This document shows positions 52,662-62,222 of a stretch of 64,000 nucleotides of DNA, piece by piece. The translations under genes and the position numbers were made by a program. How positions within the stretch are numbered: the stretch's first letter is position 1; every line of letters starts with the position of its first letter. Source of the DNA: Candidatus Rokuibacteriota bacterium (GTDB lineage Bacteria > Methylomirabilota > Methylomirabilia > Rokubacteriales > CSP1-6); contig VBPC01000173.1 of NCBI GenBank assembly GCA_005887895.1, positions 3,006 to 67,005 of the forward strand, read 5' to 3'. The notes beneath the pieces were generated by a model. The model did no database searches, was not told where the DNA came from, and worked only from the letters and a program-made list of their open reading frames with translations.

Positions 52662-53743
52662 TCCGCTGGCCCTGCACGGCGGCCGGCCCGTCCGGAGCGC
52701 GTTGCTGCCGTACGGCCGCCACCTCGTCGACGCCGCCGACGTGCAGGCCGTGGTGGCGACGCTGCGCGACGGGCTCATCACGACCGGCCCCGCGGTGGCG
52801 GACTTCGAGCGCGCGTTCGCCGCCGCGGTGGGGGCGCGCCACGCGGTGGCCGTCAGCTCGGGGACCGCGGCGCTGCACACGGCCGTGTTCGCCGCCGGCC
52901 TCGGGCCCGGCGACGAAGCCGTCACCACGCCGCTGACGTTCGTGGCGACGTCAAACGCCGTCCTCTACCAGGGCGCCCGGCCGGTCTTCGCCGACGTGCG
53001 CCCGGACACCCTCACGCTCGACCCGGCCGCCGCCGCCGCCGCGCTCACGCCGCGCACGCGCGCGCTGATGCCCGTGCACTTCGCCGGCCAGGCGTGCGAC
53101 CTGGACGCGTGGGAGCGCCTGGCCCGCGCCCGCGGTCTCGTGCTGATCCAGGACGCCGCCCACGCGCTCGGCGCCGAGGTGGGCGGCCGTCGCGTCGGCG
53201 GCGGGGAGGGCCTCACCGTCTTCAGTCTCCATCCGGTCAAGCACATCACGACCGGCGAGGGCGGCGTGGTGACGACCGACGACGCCGGCCTGGCCGAGCG
53301 GATGCAGCGCTTTCGCAACCACGGCCTGGCGACGGATGCCGGCACGCGCGACGCCCACGGGCGCCTCTGGTCGGAGATGGTGGACCTCGGCTACAACTAC
53401 CGGCAAGGACGTGCCCGGCTTCACGCTGCCCCAGGTCGTGCCCGACGCCCGGCACGCCTGGCATATCTTTCCGGTGCTGGTGGAGTCGCAGCGGCTGTCC
53501 GCCGATCGCGCCACGGTCTACGCCGCGCTGCGCGCCGAGAACATCGGCGTCACGCTGCACTACGTGCCGGCCTACTGGCATCCCTACTACGCCGCGCGCG
53601 GCTACACGCGAGGGCTCTGTCCCGTCGCCGAGGACGGCGCCGAGCGGCTGCTCACGCTGCCGATCTTTCCGGGCATGACCGACCAGGACGTGGCCGACGT
53701 CATCCACGCGGTGCGGAAGGTCGCGGAGCACTACCAGCGATGA
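52654..53743 (+). pseudogene. pseC: DegT/DnrJ/EryC1-family aminotransferase (PseC-like) disrupted by an internal deletion of about 30 codons plus a frameshift
   Basis: Frame 1 encodes the N-terminal two-thirds up to ...RLWSEMVDLGYNYR (cgg at about 53401) and then runs into out-of-frame Arg/Ala-rich sequence. The conserved continuation (MTDIQAALGLSQL...RRR.IA..Y...L) is missing. Frame +2 resumes immediately with KDVPGFTLPQVVPDARHAWHIFPVLVESQR...HYVPAYWHPYY...VIHAVRKVAEHYQR and ends at the stop at 53743. Confidence 0.7.
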
Positions 53744-54735
53744 CCGCGCTGCGCGTGGCGTTCCTCACCGATGCCGGCGGCGACGCCGGGCTGGGCCACT
53801 TCAAGCGCTGCGTTGCCCTCGCGCGGGCGCTGGGGGCGCGTGGCGCGCGCGTCGACGTCCTCGTGAGCGGGGCGCTGGAGGCCGGGCTGGCGGCCGTCGC
53901 GGCCGATGTCACCCCTCGGCCGCTGGCCTGGTGGGGCGCGCCGGGACGCGTGCTCGACGCGCTGGTCGGCCGCGGCGTCGACGTCGTCGTCGTCGACTCG
54001 TACCACGCCGATGCCGCGCTGCTGACCGCGCTGCGCCGCGCGGCGCTCGTCGTCGCCATCGACGATCTCGCCGATCGCGCGGTGCCCGCCGACGTCGTGA
54101 TCAACGGCGCCTGGCACGCCGAGCGGCTCGCCTATCGCGTGCCCGCCGAGGCGGTGACGCTGCTCGGGGCGCGCTACGCGCTGCTCGACCCCGCCTTCGC
54201 GGCGACGCCGTCACCGCGCGCGCGCGACGGCGTCGCGCGCGTGCTCGTGACGCTGGGTGGCGCCACGCCGGCCGCCCAGACGGCCGCGGCGACGGCGGCC
54301 GTACGCTCGGCGCTGCCCGACGCGACGGTCGACGTGGTCGGGGGTCTCGTGCCGGGGGCGTCGGCGCCGGTGCACGGCGTGACGCTCCACGGGGCGGTGC
54401 CGAGCCTGCGCCCCCTGCTCACCGGCGCCGATCTCGCCGTGACCGCAGCCGGCATGACGCTCTACGAGTGCCTGGCGGCGGCCACACCGACCGTCGCCGT
54501 CTGCCTGGCCGACAACCAGCGTCCGAACATCGAGCACCTCGGCGCCGCCGGCCTGGTCGTGCCGGCCGACTTCGCGACGCTGACCGCGACGGTCGCCCGC
54601 GTGGCCGCGGATCGCTCGCTGCGCGGCCGCCTGGCCGCCGACGGCCGGCACGCGATCGACGGTCGCGGGGCCGGGCGTGTCGCCGACGAGATCGTACGGC
54701 TCGCCGCCACGCGCACTACCGCCAGGAGCAGCTGA
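53740..54735 (+). CDS. pseG: PseG-like UDP-sugar hydrolase (GT28 C-terminal-domain fold)
   Basis: The blocks are RVAFLTDAGGDAGLGHFKRCVALARAL and the C-terminal AVTAAGMTLYECLAAATPTVAV. The ATG overlaps the pseC stop. Confidence 0.65.
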   Translation: MTALRVAFLTDAGGDAGLGHFKRCVALARALGARGARVDVLVSGALEAGLAAVAADVTPRPLAWWGAPGRVLDALVGRGVDVVVVDSYHADAALLTALRRAALVVAIDDLADRAVPADVVINGAWHAERLAYRVPAEAVTLLGARYALLDPAFAATPSPRARDGVARVLVTLGGATPAAQTAAATAAVRSALPDATVDVVGGLVPGASAPVHGVTLHGAVPSLRPLLTGADLAVTAAGMTLYECLAAATPTVAVCLADNQRPNIEHLGAAGLVVPADFATLTATVARVAADRSLRGRLAADGRHAIDGRGAGRVADEIVRLAATRTTARSS

Positions 54736-56069
54736 TGCGTGTGGCGTTTCTCATCAGGCGCGATAACCATTACCGCTTGCTGGGGCCGGTCATCGACCGG
54801 GCGCTCGCGCGCGGCTGGGACGTCGAATGCTGGAAGGCGGCCGACGAGGGTTTCAAGGGCGACCGGGCGCTCGAGCGGCGCGATGCGGGTCCGGCCTTCC
54901 GCTCGGGTCGACCATGCCTGCGCGAGTTCGGGGTCGACGGGCTCGCCCGGCTCGTCGCCGACACCAGCCCGGACGTCGCGATCACGCTCTACCGCGCGCC
55001 CGGGATCGCGCGCGAGGGCCGCGTCCGCTGGCTCGCCCTGCAATACACGCTCAACATCGGCGACCTCGTGGACGGCGATGGCACCACGCCGTTCGACGCG
55101 ATCGGCGTGCACAGCGAGCACTGGCGGACCCTGGCCGCCGACTCGCTGCGCATGCTCGACGAGACGCGCGGCCGGGCTCCCGGGCCGGTGGACGACCGGG
55201 CGGTGGCGGCGACGCTGCGCCACCGTGGCGTCGTCGTCGGCTTCCCCGAAATGGACGGGTTCCACCTGACCGACGCGGCCGCCGTGCGGGCGACGCTCGG
55301 ACTGGAGGCGACGCGGCCCGTCGTCCTGTATTGCCCGTTCCCCTTCCTCAGCAACCCGCGCACCTTCTGGACCAGGAATATCTACGGGCCGTTCCAGGCC
55401 AACCCGTACACGGCGAAGATCGCGCACCGGATGCATCGCGCCGACCGCTTGATCGATCGCGCCGGCCGGCTGCGCCAGCGACTGGCCGTCCGGCTGCCGG
55501 CCGGGCGTCGATATGCTCGGGACGTCGCCAACGGCTGGGACGACCGGGGCGTGGTGCAGGCCGTGCGCGCCTTCTGCGACGCCAACGGCGCCGCACTCAT
55601 CGTCAAGGCCCGCGCGAAGGATCCGGTGGCGTCCTATCTCAGAACGGTGGCGGATCACGTACGCTACGACAGCACCGATTATCCGGCGACGATCCTGGAG
55701 CTGATGAGCATCGCCTCGCTGTGCGTGCATTTCTTCAGCACGGTGGCCTACGAAGCGGCCTATGCCGGGGTGCCGTCCGTCTGCGTGACCGCCGACGCGG
55801 ACGACCTGGGCTTCTCGCCGACCCTCCGGGCGTCGTTCCTCTCGACGGCGTCCGGGAGCAGCTTCAATTTCCCAGGGGTGACGTACCCCGTCAGCGTCGC
55901 GGCGCTGGTCGCCGACCTCCCGCGGCGTCGGCTCGGGGATTTTCCGCTCGAGCCGGCCGCGCGCGCCCAGTACCTCGAGAAATTCGTCGGCCGCGACGAC
56001 GGCAAGGCCTCCGACCGCCTGCTCGACGTCGCGGCCTCCCTCGTCGAGGGCGAGGGAGCCGTGCGATGA
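54735..56069 (+). CDS. Hypothetical GT-B-fold-like protein (TagF/CDP-glycerol glycerophosphotransferase-like or candidate nonulosonic-acid transferase)
   Basis: The protein is 444 aa. The C-terminal blocks IVKARAKDP and ELMSIASLCVHFFSTVAYEAAYAGVPSV resemble the nucleotide-sugar-binding half of GT-B/TagF-like enzymes. There is no firm family match from sequence inspection alone. Confidence 0.35.
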   Translation: MRVAFLIRRDNHYRLLGPVIDRALARGWDVECWKAADEGFKGDRALERRDAGPAFRSGRPCLREFGVDGLARLVADTSPDVAITLYRAPGIAREGRVRWLALQYTLNIGDLVDGDGTTPFDAIGVHSEHWRTLAADSLRMLDETRGRAPGPVDDRAVAATLRHRGVVVGFPEMDGFHLTDAAAVRATLGLEATRPVVLYCPFPFLSNPRTFWTRNIYGPFQANPYTAKIAHRMHRADRLIDRAGRLRQRLAVRLPAGRRYARDVANGWDDRGVVQAVRAFCDANGAALIVKARAKDPVASYLRTVADHVRYDSTDYPATILELMSIASLCVHFFSTVAYEAAYAGVPSVCVTADADDLGFSPTLRASFLSTASGSSFNFPGVTYPVSVAALVADLPRRRLGDFPLEPAARAQYLEKFVGRDDGKASDRLLDVAASLVEGEGAVR

Positions 56070-57127
56070 GACTGCGCGTCGGCCAGCGATGGATCGGCGA
56101 CGGCGAACCGTGCTACGTCATTGCCGAGGCGGGCTCGAATCACAACGGCAGCCTGGAGACGGCGCTGGCGCTCATCGACGTGGCCGCCGAGGCCGGCGCC
56201 GACGCGGTGAAGTTCCAGGGCTTCCGCGCGCGCACGCTCTACCCGCGCAGCGCCGGCACGTCCGACTACCTCGGCGACCCGCGCTCGATCTACGAGATCA
56301 TCGAGGCGATGGAGCTGTCGCCGGCGTGGCTGCCCGTGCTGGCCGCCCACTGCGCCCGGCGCGCCATCCACTTCCTCTGCACACCGTTCGACGAGGAGTG
56401 GGTGGAGCTTCTCGATCCGCACGTGCCGGCCTTCAAGCTGGCCTCGTACGAGCTGAGCCACCTGCCGCTGGCGCGGGCGGTGCTGGCCAAGCGCAAGCCC
56501 GTCTTCGCGTCGACCGGCGCGCACACGATCGACGAGGTCCGCCCGCTGCTCGACGTCGCGCGCGAGGTCGGCAACGATCGGCTCGTCGTCCTGCAGTGCA
56601 CGGCCGCCTATCCGACCCCGCCCGACGCGGTGAACGCCCGCGCGATCGTGACGCTGCGCGGGGCCACCGGGCATCTCGTCGGCCTCTCGGACCATTCCCG
56701 GGATCCGATCATCGCGCCGGTCGTCGCCGTGGCGCTGGGCGCCTGCGTGATCGAGAAGCATTTCACGCTGAGCAACCGGATGCCCGGTCCCGATCAGAAG
56801 TTCGCCGTCGAGCCCGACGAGCTGAAGCGGCTGGTGCAGGCGGTCCGTCAGACCGAGGCGGTGCTCGGCACTGGCGACAAGAAGGTGCTCCCCGTGGAGG
56901 GCGAGCTCCGTCGGTTCGCGCTCCGCTCGGTCTTTGCCCTGCGTGCGATCAAGACCGGCGAGGCGTTCTCGGCCGACAACGTGCGGGTCTTGCGCAACGG
57001 CGTGAACGCGCCCGGGCTGCCGCCCGCCGCGTACGGACGCCTGCTCGGGCGGGTGGCGACGCGGGACATCGCGGCCGAGGCGCCCATCACGACGGCGATG
57101 GTGGAGGATGGCGCTGAGCTGGCGTAG
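56066..57127 (+). CDS. pseI: Pseudaminic acid synthase (NeuB family)
   Basis: The blocks are CYVIAEAGSNHNGSLETALALIDVAAEAGADAVKFQ, a TIM barrel, and a C-terminal SAF domain (FALRAIKTGEAFSADNVRVLR). Confidence 0.85.
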   Translation: MRLRVGQRWIGDGEPCYVIAEAGSNHNGSLETALALIDVAAEAGADAVKFQGFRARTLYPRSAGTSDYLGDPRSIYEIIEAMELSPAWLPVLAAHCARRAIHFLCTPFDEEWVELLDPHVPAFKLASYELSHLPLARAVLAKRKPVFASTGAHTIDEVRPLLDVAREVGNDRLVVLQCTAAYPTPPDAVNARAIVTLRGATGHLVGLSDHSRDPIIAPVVAVALGACVIEKHFTLSNRMPGPDQKFAVEPDELKRLVQAVRQTEAVLGTGDKKVLPVEGELRRFALRSVFALRAIKTGEAFSADNVRVLRNGVNAPGLPPAAYGRLLGRVATRDIAAEAPITTAMVEDGAELA

Positions 57128-57584
57128 CGCGCGGATGGACGACGCCGTGCTGCTGTGGCGATGGGCCAACGATGCCGAGACGCGGCGCCGTTCGTTCAAC
57201 CCGGCGCCGATCCCGTACGCCGACCATCTCGCCTGGCTCGACGCGCGCCTGGCCTCCGACGCGACGCGCCTGTGGATCGTCAGCGACGAGCTCGGCCCGG
57301 TAGGACAGGTACGCGCCGACCTGGCGGACGGCGTGGCGGAGATCAGTCTCGCCGTGGCCCCCGAGCGCCGCGGGCAGGGCCTGGGCAGCGCGATGCTGCG
57401 GCAGGCACCGGGCTCGGTCGGCGCGGCGTGGGGCGACGTTCGGCTGCGCGCCCGGGTTTTCGCCGACAACGCGCCATCGCTGCGGATGTTCAGGCGCTGC
57501 GGCTTCCGCGAGGTCGACACGCACGAGGCGGCCGGCGCCGAGGTGATCGTGTTCGAGCTGGCCGGCGACCGCCGGCAACGGTAG
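57108..57584 (+). CDS. pseH: GNAT N-acetyltransferase, PseH-like
   Basis: The acetyl-CoA motif is RRGQGLGSAMLRQA and the gene sits between pseI and the rest of the pse cluster. It overlaps the pseI end by 20 nt. Confidence 0.65.
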   Translation: MALSWRSARMDDAVLLWRWANDAETRRRSFNPAPIPYADHLAWLDARLASDATRLWIVSDELGPVGQVRADLADGVAEISLAVAPERRGQGLGSAMLRQAPGSVGAAWGDVRLRARVFADNAPSLRMFRRCGFREVDTHEAAGAEVIVFELAGDRRQR

Positions 57585-57594
57585 GAGACGCCCG

Positions 57595-58596
57595 ATGCGA
57601 TTCGTCGTCTTCGGCGCCGGCTCGATCGGACTGCGCCACCTCCGCAACGCCCGCGCGCTCGGCCACGCCATTGCCGGGGTGTTCGATCCCGATCCCGGCC
57701 GCCTGGCGGCCGCCGCGGCGCTGGCCGGCGCCGGCGCGCTCGTGACCGGTGACGAGACGGCGGCGCTGGCCCTCACCGCCGACGCCGCGCTCGTGTGCTC
57801 GCCGACGCACCGCCACGTCGAGCAGGCGCGGGCGGCGGTGGCGCGCGGCTGGCACGTGCTGGTCGAGAAGCCGCTCTCGCACGCGCTCGACGGCACCGCG
57901 GCGCTGGTGGCCGAGACCGCCGCCGCCCGCCGGACCGTGCTGGTCGGCTGCAATCTTCGATTCCTGCCGAGCCTGATGCTCGTCAAGCGCCTGGTCGACG
58001 AGGGCCGCGTCGGCACGCCGCTGTCAGCCCGCGCGGAGTGCGGCTACTATCTGCCGTACTGGCGCCCCCAGACCGACTATCGCCGTGGCTACGGCGCCCG
58101 GCGGGCGATGGGCGGCGGGATCATTCTCGACGCCATTCACGAGCTGGATTACCTGCGCTGGCTGCTGGGCGACCCGCGCGAGGTGTTTTGCTACGCGGGC
58201 AAGGTCTCCAGCCTCGAGATCGACACCGAGGACAACGCCGATCTCCTGCTGCGCTTCGATTACGGCGCGGTCGCCAACGTGCACCTCGACTACCTGCAGC
58301 GGACCTATCGCCGCTCGTGCGAGGTGATCGGCGAGGACGGCGTCATCGTGTGGGACTACATCGCGCAGACGGTGCGCGTGTACGGCAAGGAGGAGCGGCG
58401 GCTGGAGGTCTTCGAGGAGTCGATCAACACCGATCGCAACGCCATGTTCGTCGAGGAGCTGCGGCACTTCGTGGCGTGCGCCGAGACCGGCGCCCCGCCG
58501 ACGCTGGACGCCGCCGGCGGCCGTCGCGTGCTGGAGATCGCGCTGGCCGCCAAGGCGTCGGCCGCCGAGGGGCGGGCGGTGAGGCTCGATCGATGA
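57595..58596 (+). CDS. Gfo/Idh/MocA-family NAD(P)-dependent oxidoreductase
   Basis: The N-terminal Rossmann block is MRFVVFGAGSIGLRHLRN, with the blocks VLVEKPLS and GGGIILDAIHELDYLRWLLG. Confidence 0.8.
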   Translation: MRFVVFGAGSIGLRHLRNARALGHAIAGVFDPDPGRLAAAAALAGAGALVTGDETAALALTADAALVCSPTHRHVEQARAAVARGWHVLVEKPLSHALDGTAALVAETAAARRTVLVGCNLRFLPSLMLVKRLVDEGRVGTPLSARAECGYYLPYWRPQTDYRRGYGARRAMGGGIILDAIHELDYLRWLLGDPREVFCYAGKVSSLEIDTEDNADLLLRFDYGAVANVHLDYLQRTYRRSCEVIGEDGVIVWDYIAQTVRVYGKEERRLEVFEESINTDRNAMFVEELRHFVACAETGAPPTLDAAGGRRVLEIALAAKASAAEGRAVRLDR

Positions 58597-60668
58597 TCGC
58601 CGCCATCGTCCAGGCGCGCCTGGGCTCGACGCGACTGCCCGGCAAGACGCTGATGGACGTGGCCGGCCGCCCGCTGCTCGGCCATCTCGTGGAGCGCACG
58701 CGCCGCATCCCGGGCCTGGACGCCGTCGTCCTCGCGACGACCGGGCGTCCCGCCGACCGCGCGCTCGCCGACTTCGCCGGCGCCTACGGACTGCCGGTGT
58801 ACGCCGGCAGCGAAGAGGACGTGCTCGATCGCTTCTACCAGGCGGCGCGCCGGTTCGGCGTGTCGGTCGTCGTCCGCGTGACCCCTGACTGTCCGCTCCT
58901 CGACCCCGCCGTCGCCGGCCTCGTGCTGCGGCGCTTCCTCGACGCCGCCGGGGAGCTCGATTACGCCAGCAACACCCAGCCGCCGACGTTTCCCGACGGC
59001 CAGGACACCGAGGTCTTCTCGGCGGCGGCGCTGGCCCGGGCCTGGCGCGAGGCGCGCCTGCCCTCCGAGCGCGAGCACGTCACGCCGTACATCTGGAAGC
59101 ATCCCGACCGCTTCCGTCTCGCCAACGTCCGCCACGCCGAGGACCTGTCGCGGATGCGCTGGACGGTGGACGAGGCGGCCGATCTCGAGTTCGTCCGTCG
59201 CGTCTTCGCCCGCCTCGGCGCCGACCGGCCGTTCGGCATGGGCGAGGTGCTGGACCTGCTGCGCCGCGAGCCGGCGCTGCTCGACATCAATCGCTCGCTC
59301 ACGCGCAACGACGGCTACGCCAGGTCCGTGCGGGCCGACGGCGCGCTGAGCGGCCATCCGGGAGAGTCAGGCATGGAGACGCCGCGCCCGCTCGCGCGCT
59401 CCGAGGAGTACTTCGCGCGCGCCGAAAAAGTCATCCCGTCCTGCACGCAGACGTTCAGCAAGGGCCACACGCAGCTCGTCCGCGGGGTGGCGCCGCTGTT
59501 CCTCCAGCGTGCCGACGGCAGCCACGTGTGGGACGTCGACGGCAACGAGTACATCGACTATCCGCTGGCGCTCGGCCCGATCGTGCTCGGCCACAACGAT
59601 CCCGACGTGACCGCCGCCGTCCGCGCCCAGCTCGCCGACGGGGTGGCCTTCTCGCTGCCGCATCCGCTCGAGGTCGAGGTGTCGGAGCTGCTGACCGAGG
59701 TCATCCCGTGCGCGGCGATGGTGCGTTTCGGCAAGAACGGCCCCGACGCCACCGCCGGCGCCGTGCGGGTGGCCCGTGCCTACACCGGGCGCGAGCGCAT
59801 CGCCGCCTGCGGCTACCACGGCTGGCAGGACTGGTACATCGGCGCCACGACGCGCCACCGCGGCGTGCCGGCGGCCGTGCGCGAGCTGACGCAGCTCTTC
59901 GCCTACAACGACCTCGCGTCGCTCCGGAAGATCTTCGACGACCATCCCGGCCAGATCGCCGCCGTGATCATGGAGCCGGTGGGCGTCGTGGAGCCGGTCG
60001 GCAGCTTCCTGCAGGACGTGGCGGCGCTGGCCCGCGCCAACGGCGCCGTGCTGATCTACGACGAGGTGGTGACGAGCTTCCGCGTCGCCCTCGGCGGTGC
60101 TCAGGCGCACTACCGCGTCACGCCGGACCTGGCGTGCATCGGCAAGGCCATGGCCAACGGCTATCCGGTGTCGGCAGTGGTCGGCCGCCGCGACCTGATG
60201 CAGGTCTTCGACGAGATCTTCTTCTCGTTCACGTTCGGCGGCGAGGCCCTCTCGCTGGCTGCCGCCCGGGCCACCATCACCAAGATCCGCGACACCGACG
60301 TCATCCCGCACCTGTGGCGCCAGGGCCGGCGACTCCAGGACGGTTACAACGCGCTGGCCGCCGAGGCCGGCGTGGCCGAGATCACGCGCTGCATCGGGCT
60401 GCCACCGCGCACGGTGCTGACCTTCGCGGATCGCCGGGGCGTCGAGTCGCTCGCCCTCAAGAGTCTCTTCCAGCAGGAGGTGGTCCGCCGCGGCATCCTC
60501 AATACCGGCGGCTTCAATCTCTGCGCCCGTCACAGCGACGGCGACGTCGCCCGCACGCTGGAGGCGTGTCGCGCGGCGCTGGCGGTGCTGGCGGCGGCCG
60601 TGGCCGCCGACGACGTCGAGGCGCGGCTGCAGGGGCCGGCGATCCAGCCGGTGTTCCGTCGTGCCTGA
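58593..60668 (+). CDS. Bifunctional fusion: CMP-nonulosonate / acylneuraminate cytidylyltransferase (SpsF/PseF-like) N-domain plus class-III (GSA-aminomutase/HemL-like) PLP aminotransferase C-domain
   Basis: It is a single uninterrupted 692-aa frame. The N-terminal part (MIAAIVQARLGSTRLPGKTLMDVAGRPLLGHLVERT...VRVTPDCPLLDP) is the CTP_transf_3 family. The C-terminal part (FSLPHPLEVEVSELL..., GTFGGEALSLAAARAT, and the PLP lysine region CIGKAMANGYPVSAVVG) is class-III aminotransferase. Confidence 0.7.
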   Translation: MIAAIVQARLGSTRLPGKTLMDVAGRPLLGHLVERTRRIPGLDAVVLATTGRPADRALADFAGAYGLPVYAGSEEDVLDRFYQAARRFGVSVVVRVTPDCPLLDPAVAGLVLRRFLDAAGELDYASNTQPPTFPDGQDTEVFSAAALARAWREARLPSEREHVTPYIWKHPDRFRLANVRHAEDLSRMRWTVDEAADLEFVRRVFARLGADRPFGMGEVLDLLRREPALLDINRSLTRNDGYARSVRADGALSGHPGESGMETPRPLARSEEYFARAEKVIPSCTQTFSKGHTQLVRGVAPLFLQRADGSHVWDVDGNEYIDYPLALGPIVLGHNDPDVTAAVRAQLADGVAFSLPHPLEVEVSELLTEVIPCAAMVRFGKNGPDATAGAVRVARAYTGRERIAACGYHGWQDWYIGATTRHRGVPAAVRELTQLFAYNDLASLRKIFDDHPGQIAAVIMEPVGVVEPVGSFLQDVAALARANGAVLIYDEVVTSFRVALGGAQAHYRVTPDLACIGKAMANGYPVSAVVGRRDLMQVFDEIFFSFTFGGEALSLAAARATITKIRDTDVIPHLWRQGRRLQDGYNALAAEAGVAEITRCIGLPPRTVLTFADRRGVESLALKSLFQQEVVRRGILNTGGFNLCARHSDGDVARTLEACRAALAVLAAAVAADDVEARLQGPAIQPVFRRA

Positions 60669-61449
60669 GATCCGCACGCTCGACGTGAAGGCGGCGCTCA
60701 CCGAGTACTACACGACGTACTACCGCCACACGCTCGGCATCCCCGGCTGGCGCGATCTCGTCGCTGTCCGCCTGGATGACGCGGCCTACGAAGGCCAGCG
60801 CCTCGTGGCGCTGGAACGCGCCGTCGGCCCCATCCGCGGCCGGCGGCTCCTCAACGTGGGCTGCGGCACCGGCGGCTTCAACGTGCTGGCCGAGAACGCC
60901 GGTGCCGAGGTGTGGGGCATCGACGAGTCGCCGGCCGCCGTGGCGATCGCCCAGGCGCGCATGCGCCGCGGCGAGCGCGCGCTCCAAGCGATGGCCGAGA
61001 CGCTGCCGTTCCCCGACGCGAGCTTCGATCTCGTGTACTGCTACGCCGCCATCGAGCACGTCGAGGACGCGCGACGCTCGCTGCGTGAGATGGTCCGCGT
61101 GATGCGCCCCGACGCGCGGCTCTACCTGCACACCAACAACCGCTGGAGCTGCTTCGAGGGCCACTACAAGGTCTTCTGGCTGCCGTGGCTGCCGGCCGCG
61201 CTGGCCAGGCGCTATCTCGCCGCCCGCGGCCGGCCCACGGCATACCTCGCGACACTGCGACCGCTGTCGCGCCGGCAGTGCCTCGGCCTGCTCGACGCGG
61301 CGGGTGGCCGCGTGCTGCGCGACGTCGACCTCGGCTACGGCCGGCCGGTCGGCGGCCCGCTCTGGCCGTTCGTGCGTCTGTATTATCGGCTCTTCGGCGT
61401 GACGCCGTACATCGAGTTCCTCGCCGCCCGGCGGGAGGCACGCGCATGA
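60661..61449 (+). CDS. Class I SAM-dependent methyltransferase
   Basis: Motif I is LLNVGCGTGGFNVLAENAGAEVWGIDES and motif II is DLVYCYAAIEHVED. Confidence 0.75.
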   Translation: MPEIRTLDVKAALTEYYTTYYRHTLGIPGWRDLVAVRLDDAAYEGQRLVALERAVGPIRGRRLLNVGCGTGGFNVLAENAGAEVWGIDESPAAVAIAQARMRRGERALQAMAETLPFPDASFDLVYCYAAIEHVEDARRSLREMVRVMRPDARLYLHTNNRWSCFEGHYKVFWLPWLPAALARRYLAARGRPTAYLATLRPLSRRQCLGLLDAAGGRVLRDVDLGYGRPVGGPLWPFVRLYYRLFGVTPYIEFLAARREARA

Positions 61450-62222
61450 CGTGGCGCGATCTGATCTGCCGGCGACGCAAGCAGGCGCTCGAGCGGCTCG
61501 GCAGCAACCGGGGATGGTTCCGCGAGCTCTCCGCGTATTACCGCGGCCTCACCATGCAAGAGTTCTGGGTCCGCTACGCGATCCTCCGCATGGAGGCCGC
61601 CAAGCTGTGGGATCGCAAGCCGCGGGAAGGCGAGGCCGACTACCGTTCGTTCTTCGCCGAGACGGACTACTTCGTCCTGCGCCAGATGTACTACCACCGC
61701 AACAGCTGCTTTCACTGGGTCGGTGACGCCCTGCGCCGGGCGGGGGAGGAGGGCGACGTCTGCGAATATGGCTGCGGCGTGGCGCCGGTGACGGCGTGGC
61801 TGCGCCCGCGCTTCCCGCGCTGGCGCTTCACGATCGTGGATCTGCCGGCGCCGGCGCTGGAGTTCGCGCGGTGGCGGTTCCGCGAGGCCGGCAACGTCGA
61901 GGCGCGGGAGCCGGGCTTCGGCCGCGACCTGCCGCTCGTGCGTGCCTACGACGTCATCATGTGCCTGGAGGTGCTCGAGCACGTCGTCAATCCGCTCGAG
62001 GTCGTGCGTCACCTGGTCGAGCACCTGAAGCCGGGCGGCCGGCTGCTGTTGAACTTCTCCGACGACCCCGGCCGCGAGAACCTCGTGGAAAGCGCCGCCG
62101 AACGCGCGGCCACCGTCACCTACCTCGATACCCACCTCGTCGGGGAGGTCACGCTGGGGCCGCAGGAGCTGTACGCCCGTTACGTCAAGCCGTCTTCGAA
62201 GGAGGCCCGCCGAGCCCGATGA
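61446..62222 (+). CDS. Class I SAM-dependent methyltransferase (second, distinct)
   Basis: The blocks are VCEYGCGVAPVTAWL and YDVIMCLEVLEHVVNP. The ATG overlaps the upstream stop. Confidence 0.65.
   Translation: MTWRDLICRRRKQALERLGSNRGWFRELSAYYRGLTMQEFWVRYAILRMEAAKLWDRKPREGEADYRSFFAETDYFVLRQMYYHRNSCFHWVGDALRRAGEEGDVCEYGCGVAPVTAWLRPRFPRWRFTIVDLPAPALEFARWRFREAGNVEAREPGFGRDLPLVRAYDVIMCLEVLEHVVNPLEVVRHLVEHLKPGGRLLLNFSDDPGRENLVESAAERAATVTYLDTHLVGEVTLGPQELYARYVKPSSKEARRAR

Noticed and set aside
52630-54735. A single 701-aa ORF spanning PseC and PseG
   Set aside because: This is the same situation as above. The middle of that frame is out-of-frame read-through after the deletion point; the true C-terminus of PseC is in the +2 frame and ends at 53743, and pseG has its own ATG overlapping that stop.
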